64,000 bases of DNA from Pedobacter sp. (GCA_050253415.1 JBFWJC010000001.1:1672679-1736678); one strand, 5' to 3'. Positions 1 through 10,573 are shown, numbered from the stretch's first letter. The notes: generated by a model from the sequence alone, not told the origin. A program made the numbers and translations.

Positions 1-93
1 GTTCAGCGTGAACCGGCCGTAATTTTATTTATGCATCGGATCAAGGTAGTGGAAACAGGTCTGGCATCCTTCCCCATCCATGCATTGGTTCGA

Positions 94-969
94 TTAGTCC
101 GTAAGGATATCTTTCATGGTTTGCTCCTGGGCCGTCAATGCGAGCTCACGCTTTTGAGACAGTTTGAGAGTTTCAAGACCAAGGGCACGGTAAAGTTCTG
201 CAAGTTCAGGTTGCCAGCACCGCAAGGCTTTGATGTGGCGGCTGACGGTGGCATCGTCCCGGCGTGCGATGGGACCTGTAAGGGCTTCAGCGGGTCCCAG
301 GGTAAAGACATTGTCCAAGGTGTTGCGCACCATAGGTTCGAGGATTTTTAAGCCTGTTGCCGGTGGCAGGCCGGCCTGCTCGAGGGTATCAAGCCCCCAT
401 TGCAGCAGCGTGACAAGATAGTTTGCGCTTATCGCCATGCCGGCATGGTAGAGGGCTTTGGTTTCGGATCGCAAGGGCAGGGGCGTGCCACCAATATTTT
501 CAAATAATGCTGTCAGACGTGCGGTGGCTGCCAAGTCGCCTTCGATGCCACAGAAGGTCCCGCGAAAACTGGTTGCAGCGGAGGCTGGTTCGGCAAAGCT
601 TTTAATCGGATGCACGCTTGCTACCAGTGCGCCATGAGGTTTTACGGCTGCCAGAATATCGGAACCGAGGGCTCCGCTGCAATGAAAGACGATATTCCCA
701 GGTCGCAGGATGCCGGCGCTGGCGAGTTGCGTGGCGCAGGCGGCGATGTCGCTGTCGCCGGTTGCTATCATGGTGAAATCCGCCGGCTGCCATTCACCGG
801 TAGTACATGCCGTGCCGCCGCCGATAAAGTCTGCGGCGCTTTGCGCACTGCCTATGCTGCGATTAGTGATTCCCTGCACGTGGATGATCTGATTGCAGCG
901 CCACAGGTAGGCCAGTGTCTTACCAAGACGGCCGCAGCCGATGATGTTCATGGTTGGCAAGTTAGACAT
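94..969 (-). CDS. Rossmann-like and DUF2520 domain oxidoreductase (PanG/ketopantoate reductase-like)
   Basis: N-terminal IIGCGRLG dinucleotide-binding motif, VFHCSGA, SVHPIKSF, KALYHAG and LTGPIAR motifs typical of the DUF2520 family; start overlaps the end of the upstream GH3 gene. Confidence 0.8.
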   Translation of the reverse strand: MSNLPTMNIIGCGRLGKTLAYLWRCNQIIHVQGITNRSIGSAQSAADFIGGGTACTTGEWQPADFTMIATGDSDIAACATQLASAGILRPGNIVFHCSGALGSDILAAVKPHGALVASVHPIKSFAEPASAATSFRGTFCGIEGDLAATARLTALFENIGGTPLPLRSETKALYHAGMAISANYLVTLLQWGLDTLEQAGLPPATGLKILEPMVRNTLDNVFTLGPAEALTGPIARRDDATVSRHIKALRCWQPELAELYRALGLETLKLSQKRELALTAQEQTMKDILTD

Positions 970-2131
970 GATCCCCCTTGTTGATTACATGCAGCCGGGC
1001 TTTGAGTTTCTCGATGCGCTGAAGGGATTGCAGAATGCGATGCCGGGATACGCGGCCCGAATCGAGCAGTTTCTGCAATACCGCAAGCATGCGGGTCGTT
1101 GTGTCGGGACGGTTGTCGGCCAGCAACAGCATATCCACTCCCGCATCGAGTGCTTTTTGTACCGATTCCTCCAGGGTGTATTGGCTGGTAATGGCGCCCA
1201 TGGTCAGGTCGTCGCTGATGACGACGCTATTAAATCCGAGTCGCTTGCGTAGCAAGCCGTCGATGGTTGGCTTCGAGAGGGTTGCCGGTAGCCGGGGGTC
1301 GAGTCTGGCGTTGAAGACGTGCGCCGTCAGCACGGTATCGGCAAGGCCCTCCTGGATCAGAGTGCGAAAAGGCTGCAGCTCCTTATTGCTCCAGGTATCC
1401 GTTACGTCAACAAATCCTTTGTGGGAATCGGCGGTCGAGCTGCCATGTCCTGGAAAGTGTTTAAGGCTGCAAAGTATCCCCTGCTCATGGTGGGCACGGA
1501 TGAACTCGCGGGCATGTGCTGTAACGGCTGTCGGGTCGGAGGAAAAACTTCTTTCCAGCTTGCCGATGACCGGATTGGCAGGATTGACATTCAAATCCAC
1601 CACCGGACCCAGATTAAGGTTGATCCCGGCGCGCTGCAAGGTGCGGGCAATTTCATTCGCGTGTCGGTGGGTAAGGGCAAGATCGTTACTCTGCCCCAGG
1701 GACGCAAATGAGACCGTGGCCGGGAAACCGAAGCTTTCTTTTAAACGACAAATGCGACCGCCTTCCTGATCGACCGCAATCAGCAATGGGGCCCGGTAGG
1801 AGGCGGCTTGCTGCAAGCGGGTCGTAAGTGTACGCAGTTGACTCGGTGAGATGATGTTGTTGGCCGGCGTCCCGCTATCGGGGCCGTAATTAAACAGTAT
1901 CACCCCACCGAGGTGGCGCTGTCGTATGTCTTCAAGGATGGGATGTCCTTCCTCGATGACGGAACCGGCAAATCCGACCAGCAGCATCTGTCCGAGCGGC
2001 AAATCGCCAGAGTTCTGGCCTGTCGGTGGGCTGACGGCTGTTGCGGCACTTTGCGCCTGAGGTGCAAGCAGAAGCAGGCCGAAAAGGATGAACGCGATCT
2101 TTTGCAGGTACATACGCAACAGCACAGGCAT
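962..2131 (-). CDS. nagZ: Glycoside hydrolase family 3 beta-N-acetylhexosaminidase, with signal peptide
   Basis: AVDQEGGR, PVVDL, KHFPGHGSSTADSH and VISDDLTMGAI motifs; hydrophobic N-terminus. Confidence 0.85.
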   Translation of the reverse strand: MPVLLRMYLQKIAFILFGLLLLAPQAQSAATAVSPPTGQNSGDLPLGQMLLVGFAGSVIEEGHPILEDIRQRHLGGVILFNYGPDSGTPANNIISPSQLRTLTTRLQQAASYRAPLLIAVDQEGGRICRLKESFGFPATVSFASLGQSNDLALTHRHANEIARTLQRAGINLNLGPVVDLNVNPANPVIGKLERSFSSDPTAVTAHAREFIRAHHEQGILCSLKHFPGHGSSTADSHKGFVDVTDTWSNKELQPFRTLIQEGLADTVLTAHVFNARLDPRLPATLSKPTIDGLLRKRLGFNSVVISDDLTMGAITSQYTLEESVQKALDAGVDMLLLADNRPDTTTRMLAVLQKLLDSGRVSRHRILQSLQRIEKLKARLHVINKGDHV

Positions 2132-2316
2132 GGCTTACTCCGAAACATTGCACGCAGGTTGCGTGCAGGAAAGTTGTCTGTTAGGCGAAACACCTTTGCG
2201 TGGAATGTCTGTGCCGTCTGTAGTGGGGTAGGTCCACGTGTATGATGTCATGTCGTTGCCAGAAACGCATCGCGAAGCATTTTTACCCGGTTTTCCCGGC
2301 AATCATTCGCGGGTTT

Positions 2317-2751
2317 TTAAATCCGGTAGACGTCTTCGGCTGGGAGGGTCTGTACTCCCGCGGATTCAAAAACTTTTTGCACATGCTCGGCGTTTTCCAC
2401 GTCGATGATCAGGATGGCCTCCTTATTGTCGCCAATCACGGTACCATAGGCGTTCTGAATGTTGAGGCCCGCCTGGGCCAGAAGGCTCAACATGTCGTGC
2501 AATGCTCCCGACCGATCCTGCATGCTGACCACCACGATTTCCCTCAATACGGCAGGATGCCCCGCCTGTGAAAGTTTTTGGCAGGCTATGTCGGGGTGGT
2601 CGACCAATAGATTGAGGATGCCCCAGCCGGCCGAACTGGTGGACAGGGTCATAGCTCTGATATTGATGTCGGTGGCCTTGAGAACTGCCGTTATCTTTTC
2701 CAGCCGGCCTGGTTTGTTTTCCAAAAAAATTGAGACCTGATGCGCAATCAT
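2317..2751 (-). CDS. Tandem ACT domain protein
   Basis: QVSIFLENKPGRL ACT signature and a second ACT repeat (DRSGAL); directly downstream of paaK. Confidence 0.85.
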   Translation of the reverse strand: MIAHQVSIFLENKPGRLEKITAVLKATDINIRAMTLSTSSAGWGILNLLVDHPDIACQKLSQAGHPAVLREIVVVSMQDRSGALHDMLSLLAQAGLNIQNAYGTVIGDNKEAILIIDVENAEHVQKVFESAGVQTLPAEDVYRI

Positions 2752-2760
2752 GGCAACCTC

Positions 2761-4059
2761 CTAGGGAATCCGTGAATCGATGACCCGAACCGCCTTGCCT
2801 TCATTTTTGGGAAGGCTGCCCGGTTCGACCAGTCTAACGTTGGGAGAGACCAGTATCTCATCCCGCACCTCATGGGCTATACGCCGGGAGAGCTTTTCCA
2901 GGGCCTCGAGGTTGCCGGTAAACCATTCTTTTTGCAATTCCACCTTAACGGTGATGTCATCGTTGCCATCCACGGTTTCCAGTTCGATGAGATAGTCTGT
3001 GCTGACTTCCGTATAGCGCATCAGCACCTTTTCAATCTGCATGGGGAAGACATTGCAGCCTTTGATGATAAACATATCGTCAGTACGACCGGAGATGCGA
3101 TCCAATCGACGGTGCGTACGTCCGCACGGGCAATCGCCCGTCAAAAAGCGGGTCAGATCGCGGGTTCGGTAGCGCAGCAGGGGCATGGCATGACGATCGA
3201 GGGTCGTGAAGACCAACTCTCCTTCTTCACCATCGGGCACGGGCTGCAGGGTATCGGGGTCGATGATTTCCGTCAGAAACGCATCTTCCCAGACATGCAG
3301 ACCGTTCTGGTATTCACATTCAAAGGCAACACCGGGACCGTTCATTTCTGAAAGTCCGTAAGAATTGAAGGCCCTGACGCCAAATAGTTCTTCAATGCGG
3401 CGTCTTTGCGCATCGGTATGCGGTTCCGCTCCGATGACAAACAGTTTGAGGCTGGTGTCTTTGCGCGGGTCCAGTCCCATCTCCTGAAAGGCACTGTGCA
3501 GGCGGAAGAGGTAACTCGGAATCGTATGCACGGCCGTGGTACCAAAGTCCTGCATCAGTTTAATCTGCCGCCGGGTATTGCCGGCCGCAGCCGGGATAAC
3601 AAGGGCGCCGAGACGTTCCGCACCGTACTGGAAACCAAGTCCTCCGGTAAACAGGCCATAGCCGCAGATGTTCTGAAAGACGTCGGTGTCTCGCAGCCCG
3701 GCGCAATACAGGGAACGTGCAACCAGATCCGCCCAGGAGGATAAATCGTGATTGTCATGGAAGATCACGGTAGGATTTCCGGTGGTGCCGCTAGAGCAGT
3801 GCAGGCGAACCGCTCCCTGTTTCGGCACAGTTAGAAAGCCGTAGGGAAAATTGTTGCGCAGGTCCTCTTTGGTGGTAAAAGGCAGGCGCCGTATGTCATC
3901 GACGTTTTTTATGATTTCAGGCCCAATGCCGTGCCGGCGAAACAGTTCACCGTAGTAGGGAGAGTTTACGGCTCGGCCCAAGGTTTCTTGCAGGCGTTGC
4001 GACTGCAGAATACGGAGTTGCGGCTGCGGGAGGATTTCGATTTCCGGTTTCCAGTACAT
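2761..4059 (-). CDS. paaK: Phenylacetate--CoA ligase family protein
   Basis: LPFTTKEDLR, HCSSGTTGNP, YGLSEMNGPGVAFEC, PLLRYRTRD and GRTDDM motifs. Confidence 0.9.
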   Translation of the reverse strand: MYWKPEIEILPQPQLRILQSQRLQETLGRAVNSPYYGELFRRHGIGPEIIKNVDDIRRLPFTTKEDLRNNFPYGFLTVPKQGAVRLHCSSGTTGNPTVIFHDNHDLSSWADLVARSLYCAGLRDTDVFQNICGYGLFTGGLGFQYGAERLGALVIPAAAGNTRRQIKLMQDFGTTAVHTIPSYLFRLHSAFQEMGLDPRKDTSLKLFVIGAEPHTDAQRRRIEELFGVRAFNSYGLSEMNGPGVAFECEYQNGLHVWEDAFLTEIIDPDTLQPVPDGEEGELVFTTLDRHAMPLLRYRTRDLTRFLTGDCPCGRTHRRLDRISGRTDDMFIIKGCNVFPMQIEKVLMRYTEVSTDYLIELETVDGNDDITVKVELQKEWFTGNLEALEKLSRRIAHEVRDEILVSPNVRLVEPGSLPKNEGKAVRVIDSRIP

Positions 4060-4444
4060 GGGCTGTATAGGGTCCTTTCGTCAGAGCTCCGAGCGGTGGT
4101 AATCCTTTGGTCGGATTCTGGATATTTTGGGTCTGCTTGCACAATGCAACGTGATATGACGTGCATCAGGCCTGAGTTGGGGGCGGTTTGGCGGTGCCAA
4201 GAAGATCTCAGCAGTCATTGCCATAATCAACCACGCGACACTTTAAATGAGGTGGAGTGGTTGGAGCAAAAGGCAGCTATAACAGGGTTGCAATATACGA
4301 TCTGGCCAAATGTCGAACATAACAGATTTTGTACTGAAATGGTAGTTTCGCGCTGCGTTGATGGCAACCGGTGACCAATGATAGCAGCTTTGAGTATGTT
4401 TTTTTTGAGCCGGGGCAGGGGGTAGCAGAGAGTGGTACGCTGGT

Positions 4445-4487
4445 GATAAAAAAAGCCCCGAATCGAATCATTCGGGGCTTTTTTATC
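4445..4487. terminator. Intrinsic terminator downstream of the tRNA-Gly pair (bidirectional type)
   Basis: AAAAAAGCCCCGAAT-cgaatc-ATTCGGGGCTTTTTT hairpin with A and T tracts on both sides. Confidence 0.85.
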
Positions 4488-4562
<75 letters not shown>

Positions 4563-4651
4563 ATTGGGTGTTTTGTCTTGCAACGCGTCTGCATCACTAT
4601 CGAGCGGTGGATTGAAAAGCCCCGAACCGAAGAGCTCGGGGCCTTGATCGC

Positions 4652-4726
<75 letters not shown>

Positions 4727-4761
4727 GTGACGCTTACAGCTCCGTGTTGCGAGCGGGCTTA

Positions 4762-4790
4762 TTAATAGCAAATGGCATTTTTCAAGTCAA
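4762..4790 (-). promoter_or_regulatory. Sigma70-type promoter of the tRNA-Gly pair
   Basis: TTGACT-17 bp-TATTAA on the minus strand, 35 bp upstream of the first tRNA. Confidence 0.6.
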
Positions 4791-5135
4791 CAAAAAATTC
4801 AGCGATTTTTGATTTGTTTCGTAATCAGCGGCCAGGGAAGAATTTTGCTGTGGAGGACAACACAGTTTCGTCCTTTACAAAAAGACGATCTTGTCTGGTT
4901 TGCTTTGACCATGCCTCAAATTTCCGGATTATATGGGACATCGCATCTTTTGCGCGTAACCTGATGGATGACAAAATTTGCGGGGCGCGATTGCCATAGG
5001 GCTGGTCAGGCGGCAAGAACCCGGTTGTTTGTTGGAATAAAGTGTTGCCTTAATGCCTGTCAGGAAAGCGTGTCAAACTTTCAAATGACCTGGACGGTCA
5101 TGCCCTTGAACAGGTTTTTTTAAGTGCACGACGTT

Positions 5136-5702
5136 TTATCGGTACGCCTGCAGAAAACGTTTGACCCGTTGAACGTAGTTGCGCGTCTCGGTGTAGGGAG
5201 GGATGCCGCCGTGCTGACGCACCGCACCGGGGCCGGCATTGTACGCAGCGATTGCCAGGTCCGTGTTGCCGTTGAAAAGATCGAGCATTTTTCGCAGGTA
5301 GCGGGTGCCGCCCCGGATGTTGTCTTCGGGGTCGAATGGATCAGCAACCTTCATTTCGCGGGCCGTCTCCGGTATCAGTTGCATCATGCCCTGCGCACCC
5401 TTGCTGGATACAGCGCGGGGGTTGTAATCGCTTTCGGCTTTGATGACGGCCTTGACCAGAGCTTTTTCCAGACGATTGGCTAAAGCATAGCGTTCGATAA
5501 TATCTTCGATGCTTTGATGGGAAGCGTATTTGCTGGAGGATTCCTTGAGGTAAAACGTGTATTGAGGATCCGTCGGGGTGTTGGTGAAATGCATGACGCC
5601 ATTGCTGTCGACGTACCGGTAGATATCCGCCTGGGCGCTGACCGAGCCCAGGAGTATAATCCCTCCCGCAATCAATATGCATGTGACAAAAAGTTGTTTC
5701 AT
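5136..5702 (-). CDS. Lytic transglycosylase (SLT domain) with N-terminal DUF4124-like segment
   Basis: AVIKAESDYNPRAVSSKGAQGMMQL, AAYNAGPG and PPYTETRNYV motifs; DIYRYVDSNGVMHFTN segment; start moved to the ATG after GGAG. Confidence 0.9.
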   Translation of the reverse strand: MKQLFVTCILIAGGIILLGSVSAQADIYRYVDSNGVMHFTNTPTDPQYTFYLKESSSKYASHQSIEDIIERYALANRLEKALVKAVIKAESDYNPRAVSSKGAQGMMQLIPETAREMKVADPFDPEDNIRGGTRYLRKMLDLFNGNTDLAIAAYNAGPGAVRQHGGIPPYTETRNYVQRVKRFLQAYR

Positions 5703-5778
5703 TGTTCTCCTACCGAGGCACCTGAGCACTATAGCCGGAAAGGGATAGCATTACAAGTGGCTTACACATGCAAAAACC

Positions 5779-5807
5779 TTGACAATGCAGAGGGGGGTTC
5801 CGATAAT
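5779..5807 (+). promoter_or_regulatory. Sigma70-type promoter upstream of nadB
   Basis: TTGACA-17 bp-GATAAT. Confidence 0.6.
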
Positions 5808-5949
5808 GGTGCAGTTTATCAGCATCCGAATTTACTTTGACTCGCTTTATTCCTTAAATCATGCAAATAACGGCGTTAGATCTGCCCGTGATTTCAGATA
5901 GGGGTAGTCGATTCGCTTGTATTGTTATTACTGGAAGTGAGGCCTCGCA

Positions 5950-7548
5950 GTGAACATCACCACCGATTTTCTTATTATCGGCAGCGGTATTGCCGGTTTA
6001 TCTTATGCTCTTAAGGTCGCTGATTTCGGCCAGGTGGCCGTGGTGACCAAGCGGGAGATTTCCGAGACGGCAACCACGCTGGCGCAGGGTGGCATCGCTT
6101 CGGTCCTTTCTTCGGAGGACAGCTTTGCCGCGCATGTGCGTGATACCATGGTCGCCGGTGGATACCTGTCCAATGAAGATGTTGTCAGGATGGTTGTGCA
6201 GCGTGGGCCCCAGGCGATTGCCGACCTTATCAACTGGGGGGTTCGCTTCAGCAAAAAAGACGATGATACCTACGATTTGACCCGTGAAGGTGGTCATAGT
6301 CGGCGCCGTATTCTGCATGCCAAGGATATGACAGGGCAGGAGATCGAACGGGCACTGGTTGAAGCGGCAAGGGCTCATCCAAATATTACGATTTATGAAC
6401 ACCATATCGCCATAGACCTGATTACCGATGCCAAGGCCGGGGCCCATATGCATCGGCCCACACGATGTCTTGGTGCCCATATTCTGGATATAGCCGGTCG
6501 CAAGGTACAAACGCTCGGCGCCCGGGTTACTGTTCTGGCAACCGGAGGGGCCGGTAAGGTCTATCTCTATACCTGTAATCCCGATGTGGCTACCGGTGAC
6601 GGCGTCGCCATGGCCTATCGTGCAGGTGCTACCATTGCCGATATGGAATTCATGCAGTTTCACCCCACCACCCTCTATCATCCCAAGGCCAAATCGTTCC
6701 TGATATCCGAAGCGGTACGCGGGGAAGGGGCAATTCTCCGGCGACGCGATGGTACGGCCTTTATGGATCAGTACCATGAATTGCGCGATCTGGCGCCTCG
6801 CGATATTACCGCCCGGGCAATTGACAATGAGATGAAAATTCACGGTGACGAAAGTGTTTTCCTCGATATTACTCACCGTGATGCCGATTACATCCGTGAC
6901 CGGTTCCCCCATATCTATGAAACGTGCCTTTCGTTCGGCATCGATATCACCACCGAACCTATCCCGGTTGTCCCCGCAGCCCATTATGTGTGCGGAGGTG
7001 TAAAGGTCGACAAATGGGGGGAATCGGACCTTGTGAATCTGTTTGCTATTGGTGAGGTGGCTTGTACCGGTCTCCACGGGGCGAATCGTCTTGCGAGTAA
7101 CAGTTTGCTGGAAGGTGTGGTATTTGCGGATCTGGTGGCCCAGCGCAGTCTGGCCCGTATCAAGGAAAAGCAAGAGCAGGTGCCGCAGGTGACGCCGTGG
7201 GATTACGGTAAGGCTACCAACAGCGACGAAGAGGTGGTTGTTGCCCATAACTGGGATGAAATTCGTCGCTGCATGTGGAATTATGTCGGTATCGTGCGTA
7301 CCAATAAACGTCTCAAGCGCGCTTTGCGGCGTATCCAGATGATCAAGGATGAGATTACAGAGTATTATTGGGACTTTTATCCTACCTCGGACCTCATCGA
7401 GTTACGTAACATTGCTACGGTAGCTGAACTGATTGTGCGTTGTGCGCGCATGCGGCGTGAAAGCAGGGGGCTGCACTACAACATCGATTATCCGGAACGG
7501 GATGATTTGAATTGGAAAAAAGATACGTTGATACGTAAAAAACTATGA
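5950..7548 (+). CDS. nadB: L-aspartate oxidase
   Basis: IIGSGIAGL FAD motif, AQGGIA, EGGHSRRRILH, MEFMQFHPT, LISEAVRGEG, GLHGANRLASNSLLE, RESRGLHY. Confidence 0.95.
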   Translation: MNITTDFLIIGSGIAGLSYALKVADFGQVAVVTKREISETATTLAQGGIASVLSSEDSFAAHVRDTMVAGGYLSNEDVVRMVVQRGPQAIADLINWGVRFSKKDDDTYDLTREGGHSRRRILHAKDMTGQEIERALVEAARAHPNITIYEHHIAIDLITDAKAGAHMHRPTRCLGAHILDIAGRKVQTLGARVTVLATGGAGKVYLYTCNPDVATGDGVAMAYRAGATIADMEFMQFHPTTLYHPKAKSFLISEAVRGEGAILRRRDGTAFMDQYHELRDLAPRDITARAIDNEMKIHGDESVFLDITHRDADYIRDRFPHIYETCLSFGIDITTEPIPVVPAAHYVCGGVKVDKWGESDLVNLFAIGEVACTGLHGANRLASNSLLEGVVFADLVAQRSLARIKEKQEQVPQVTPWDYGKATNSDEEVVVAHNWDEIRRCMWNYVGIVRTNKRLKRALRRIQMIKDEITEYYWDFYPTSDLIELRNIATVAELIVRCARMRRESRGLHYNIDYPERDDLNWKKDTLIRKKL

Positions 7549-7621
7549 TTATTCTTCTTGCGGAAATTTGCCGGATACCATCTGTCATTTTTGTAAGGAT
7601 ACTTAAACTCGGGAGTTGGGT

Positions 7622-7894
7622 TTGACTATTGATGAAATAAGAGAAGAAATCGACGCACTGGACGATGAATTGTTGCAGATTTTCAACCGTCGAGCAGCTT
7701 TGGCCCTGGCCATCGGGGAAATAAAAAAAACCGAAGGGCGCGCGGTATACGATCCCAAGCGGGAACAGAAGATCTTTGAGCGCATGCAAGCTACCAATCC
7801 CGGTCCTTTAGATAACGGTGCCATTGTGCGGTTATATGAGCGCGTTATCGATGAAACCCGGCGGTTGGAGCGTATTCGAACGAAAGGGGAATAG
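7622..7894 (+). CDS. Monofunctional chorismate mutase (AroQ / CM_2)
   Basis: IREEIDALDDELLQIFNRRA...IGEIKK...VYDPKREQ; TTG start 6 nt after GGGAG. Confidence 0.85.
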   Translation: MTIDEIREEIDALDDELLQIFNRRAALALAIGEIKKTEGRAVYDPKREQKIFERMQATNPGPLDNGAIVRLYERVIDETRRLERIRTKGE

Positions 7895-7897
7895 ACG

Positions 7898-8104
7898 ATG
7901 CTGGTGATAATGAGGTCAACGGCCACAGAGCAGGATCTCGGCCAACTCAAACAGTATCTGGTAGAGCGTGATTACGATTTTCATCAATCGACCGGGGCCA
8001 ATCGAGTCATCATCGGCGTCATTGGGGAAACTGCTCAACTTGATAAACAGGAGCTTGAGGCGTTGCCGGGGGTCCTGGCGGTGTTCAAAATTCCCGAAGA
8101 ATAA
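7898..8104 (+). CDS. Standalone ferredoxin-like/ACT regulatory domain of type I-beta DAHP synthase
   Basis: MLVIMRSTAT...HQSTGANRVIIGVIG...LEALPGV matches the N-terminal regulatory domain of DAHP synthases; no catalytic barrel follows. Confidence 0.7.
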   Translation: MLVIMRSTATEQDLGQLKQYLVERDYDFHQSTGANRVIIGVIGETAQLDKQELEALPGVLAVFKIPEE

Positions 8105-8125
8105 CCTGGCGTCTGATTAAAGAGA

Positions 8126-8168
8126 AAAATAGAAGGGGGAAAGCCAATGGCTTTCCCCCTTCTATTTT
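8126..8168. terminator. Bidirectional intrinsic terminator between the nadB operon and pyrE
   Basis: AAAATAGAAGGGGGAAAGCC-aat-GGCTTTCCCCCTTCTATTTT. Confidence 0.85.
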
Positions 8169-8196
8169 AGACATATGTTCAAAAGACCAGCTATTC

Positions 8197-8754
8197 TCAG
8201 TCCGCAACGATCTCGCTTTTGGTAAAGATGGAGCGAAGTTGCAGGCCGGCGGCCTCGACTATTTCCCGGCCACCCTCCTGGCGATCGACCAGGGTGATGA
8301 TGCCGAGAACTTCCAGGCCTTCTTCACGGGCGCGGTCAACGGCCTTAAGAGCCGAACCGCCGGTGGTGAGGACATCTTCCACAATCACTACCCGAGCGCC
8401 GGGGCGCAGGTTTTTGCGACCTTCCAGCCATTGCCCTGTACCGTGGCCTTTGGGTTCCTTGCGAATGATAAAAGCCGGGATCGGCGAATCGCCCATGGAG
8501 CTAACCAAGGCCGCGGCCGTGGCAATGGGGTCGGCTCCCAGGGTGAGTCCCCCGACACCTTCGACAGGCGCGGGGAAATGTTTCAGTTCCTCCAATACCG
8601 CTTTGCCAACCAGCATTGAACCGCGGGGGTGAAGGGTCGTCTGCTTACCGTCGAAGTAAAAGTTGCTTTTGCGGCCGGAGGCCAAGGTCACTTCGCGCTC
8701 TTCGTAGGATATCTGTCGAATAATGGCTTTAAGTTCTGCACGATCACTGGTCAA
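8197..8754 (-). CDS. pyrE: Orotate phosphoribosyltransferase
   Basis: TLASGRKSNFYFD, IRKEPKGHG and VVIVEDVLTTGGS (PRPP-binding) motifs; TTG start after AAGGAG. Confidence 0.93.
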   Translation of the reverse strand: MTSDRAELKAIIRQISYEEREVTLASGRKSNFYFDGKQTTLHPRGSMLVGKAVLEELKHFPAPVEGVGGLTLGADPIATAAALVSSMGDSPIPAFIIRKEPKGHGTGQWLEGRKNLRPGARVVIVEDVLTTGGSALKAVDRAREEGLEVLGIITLVDRQEGGREIVEAAGLQLRSIFTKSEIVAD

Positions 8755-8771
8755 AACCAAATCTCCTTTAT

Positions 8772-8898
8772 GATGGCGTCGCAAAAAGTCCACCCTACAG
8801 CGTTGCGGCGTTTTTTCAGGACATCGACATACTAGGTGTATGCCTTCACCCCTGAAAAATCACCACGCCTTGTAGGACGAAAGTTTTGCTTAGCCATC
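8772..8898. repeat. ~127-bp nested palindromic MITE-like intergenic element
   Basis: Terminal GATGGC..GCAAAA / TTTTGC..GCCATC with nested inner arms CCTACA/TGTAGG, TTTTTCAGG/CCTGAAAAA and CATAC/GTATG. Confidence 0.65.
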
Positions 8899-9014
8899 CT
8901 ATAAGTTTTTCGTATGCATCATTTAGAGTAACAATTCAAGTCATTACGCGGCCGGCCAAGGTCTGGGGATTATCCACCTGAAGCCTGGTAAATCTGCCAG
9001 CGCGCTTAAAAAAC

Positions 9015-10421
9015 TCAGAACAGACCGAGTTGGTCGTCCGAATTCAAGCGCGGAAATTTCACAGGGTAGTTACCACTGAAACAGGCTTCGCAATAGTGTC
9101 CAGTGGCTCCCTTGGGGGCGCCGGCAATTTCAAGCATGCCTTCCAGGGAAAGGTACCCAAGAGTGTCGGCTGTAATGTAACGGCAGATTTCCTCGTTAGT
9201 GTGCGACGAGGCGATCAGCTCCTTGCGGGTGGGTGTATCTATCCCGTAGAAACAGGGGTAGGCGGTCGGCGGGGAGGATACCCGCATGTGAACTTCCTTG
9301 GCGCCGGCGTTACGTATCATTTTAATAATTTTGCGTGAAGTCGTACCACGGACAACCGAGTCGTCGATGACCACAACACGTTTACCTTCAAGCACCTCGC
9401 GAATAGCGTTGAGCTTGATCTTGACGCCGAAGTGGCGGATCGATTGTTGCGGCTCGATGAAGGTTCGACCGACATAGTGGTTGCGGATCAGGCCCATTTC
9501 AAAAGGGATGCCTGACTCTTCGGCGTAGCCGATGGCTGCAGGAACACCGGAGTCCGGGATAGGGATGACGATATCGGCTTCGACTTGGTGTTCGCGGGCC
9601 AATTGGCGGCCGAAACCCTTGCGGACCTGATAGACTTGTTGCCCAAACAGGGTGCTGTCAGGGCGGGCAAAATAGACGAATTCAAAAATGCAGGGGGATG
9701 GGGTGCGTTCTTCAAAAGGCCGGTAGGAGGTCATGCCGTTTTGATCGAAAACCACCATTTCACCGGGTTCGATTTCGCGCACATACCTGGCTTCGATCAG
9801 ATCGAGGGCACAGGTTTCGGAAGCAACCACGTAAGTGCCATCCACTTCGCCGAGCACCAGCGGGCGGAAGCCGTGGGGGTCGCGTACGGCAACCATGCGG
9901 GTTTCGGTCAGGAATACCAGGCTGTAAGCACCGCGTACCTGCCTTAAAGCTTCAGCGATGCGGTCGGGCAGGGAGTCGCTCTGGGCACGGGCCAACAGGT
10001 GAATGATGACTTCCGTGTCGGCGGTAGTGGAGAAAATGGACCCCTTTTCCTCAAGGGCACTGCGTACTTCACGGGCATTGACCAGATTGCCGTTATGCGC
10101 CACGGCTACGCTGCCGCGTGCATAGTCGACGGCAATGGGCTGGCAGTTACGGATGTTGTCGCCGCCGGCCGTGGAGTAACGTACGTGGCCTATAGCCGCA
10201 TTGCCTGCCAGTTTTTTGAAAATCTCGTCGTCTTTGAAGACGTCCGCCACCAGGCCGCTGCCGAGATGGGTTCGCAGGCGCGTGCCGTCGGAAGCGGAAA
10301 TGCCGCAACTTTCCTGGCCACGGTGCTGCAGGGCATAGAGCCCCAGATAGGTCAAGTTGGCGGCCTCGGGATGGTTGTAGATACCGAATACGCCGCACTC
10401 ATCTTCGTATTTATCAAACAT
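9015..10421 (-). CDS. purF: Amidophosphoribosyltransferase
   Basis: Propeptide followed by [47 protein letters not shown]; start placed at [10 protein letters not shown]. Confidence 0.96.
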   Translation of the reverse strand: MFDKYEDECGVFGIYNHPEAANLTYLGLYALQHRGQESCGISASDGTRLRTHLGSGLVADVFKDDEIFKKLAGNAAIGHVRYSTAGGDNIRNCQPIAVDYARGSVAVAHNGNLVNAREVRSALEEKGSIFSTTADTEVIIHLLARAQSDSLPDRIAEALRQVRGAYSLVFLTETRMVAVRDPHGFRPLVLGEVDGTYVVASETCALDLIEARYVREIEPGEMVVFDQNGMTSYRPFEERTPSPCIFEFVYFARPDSTLFGQQVYQVRKGFGRQLAREHQVEADIVIPIPDSGVPAAIGYAEESGIPFEMGLIRNHYVGRTFIEPQQSIRHFGVKIKLNAIREVLEGKRVVVIDDSVVRGTTSRKIIKMIRNAGAKEVHMRVSSPPTAYPCFYGIDTPTRKELIASSHTNEEICRYITADTLGYLSLEGMLEIAGAPKGATGHYCEACFSGNYPVKFPRLNSDDQLGLF

Positions 10422-10573
10422 AAGACTGTAGAGCTCCCCGCTTGATGCTGTTTGGATAGTCGCGCAGAATTGCGCTGTTACCATAGTTTTTCAATATACC
10501 ATAACCCCGGAATTAGAGGCAGGGGGTTTTTGTATGGTCCTCATGGGGTGTTTTTCGTACCTGGGTTGTAATG

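Noticed and set aside
5998..7248. 416-aa ORF antisense to nadB
   Set aside because: Fully overlaps a well-supported gene, has no motifs, and is the shadow ORF expected from codon bias.
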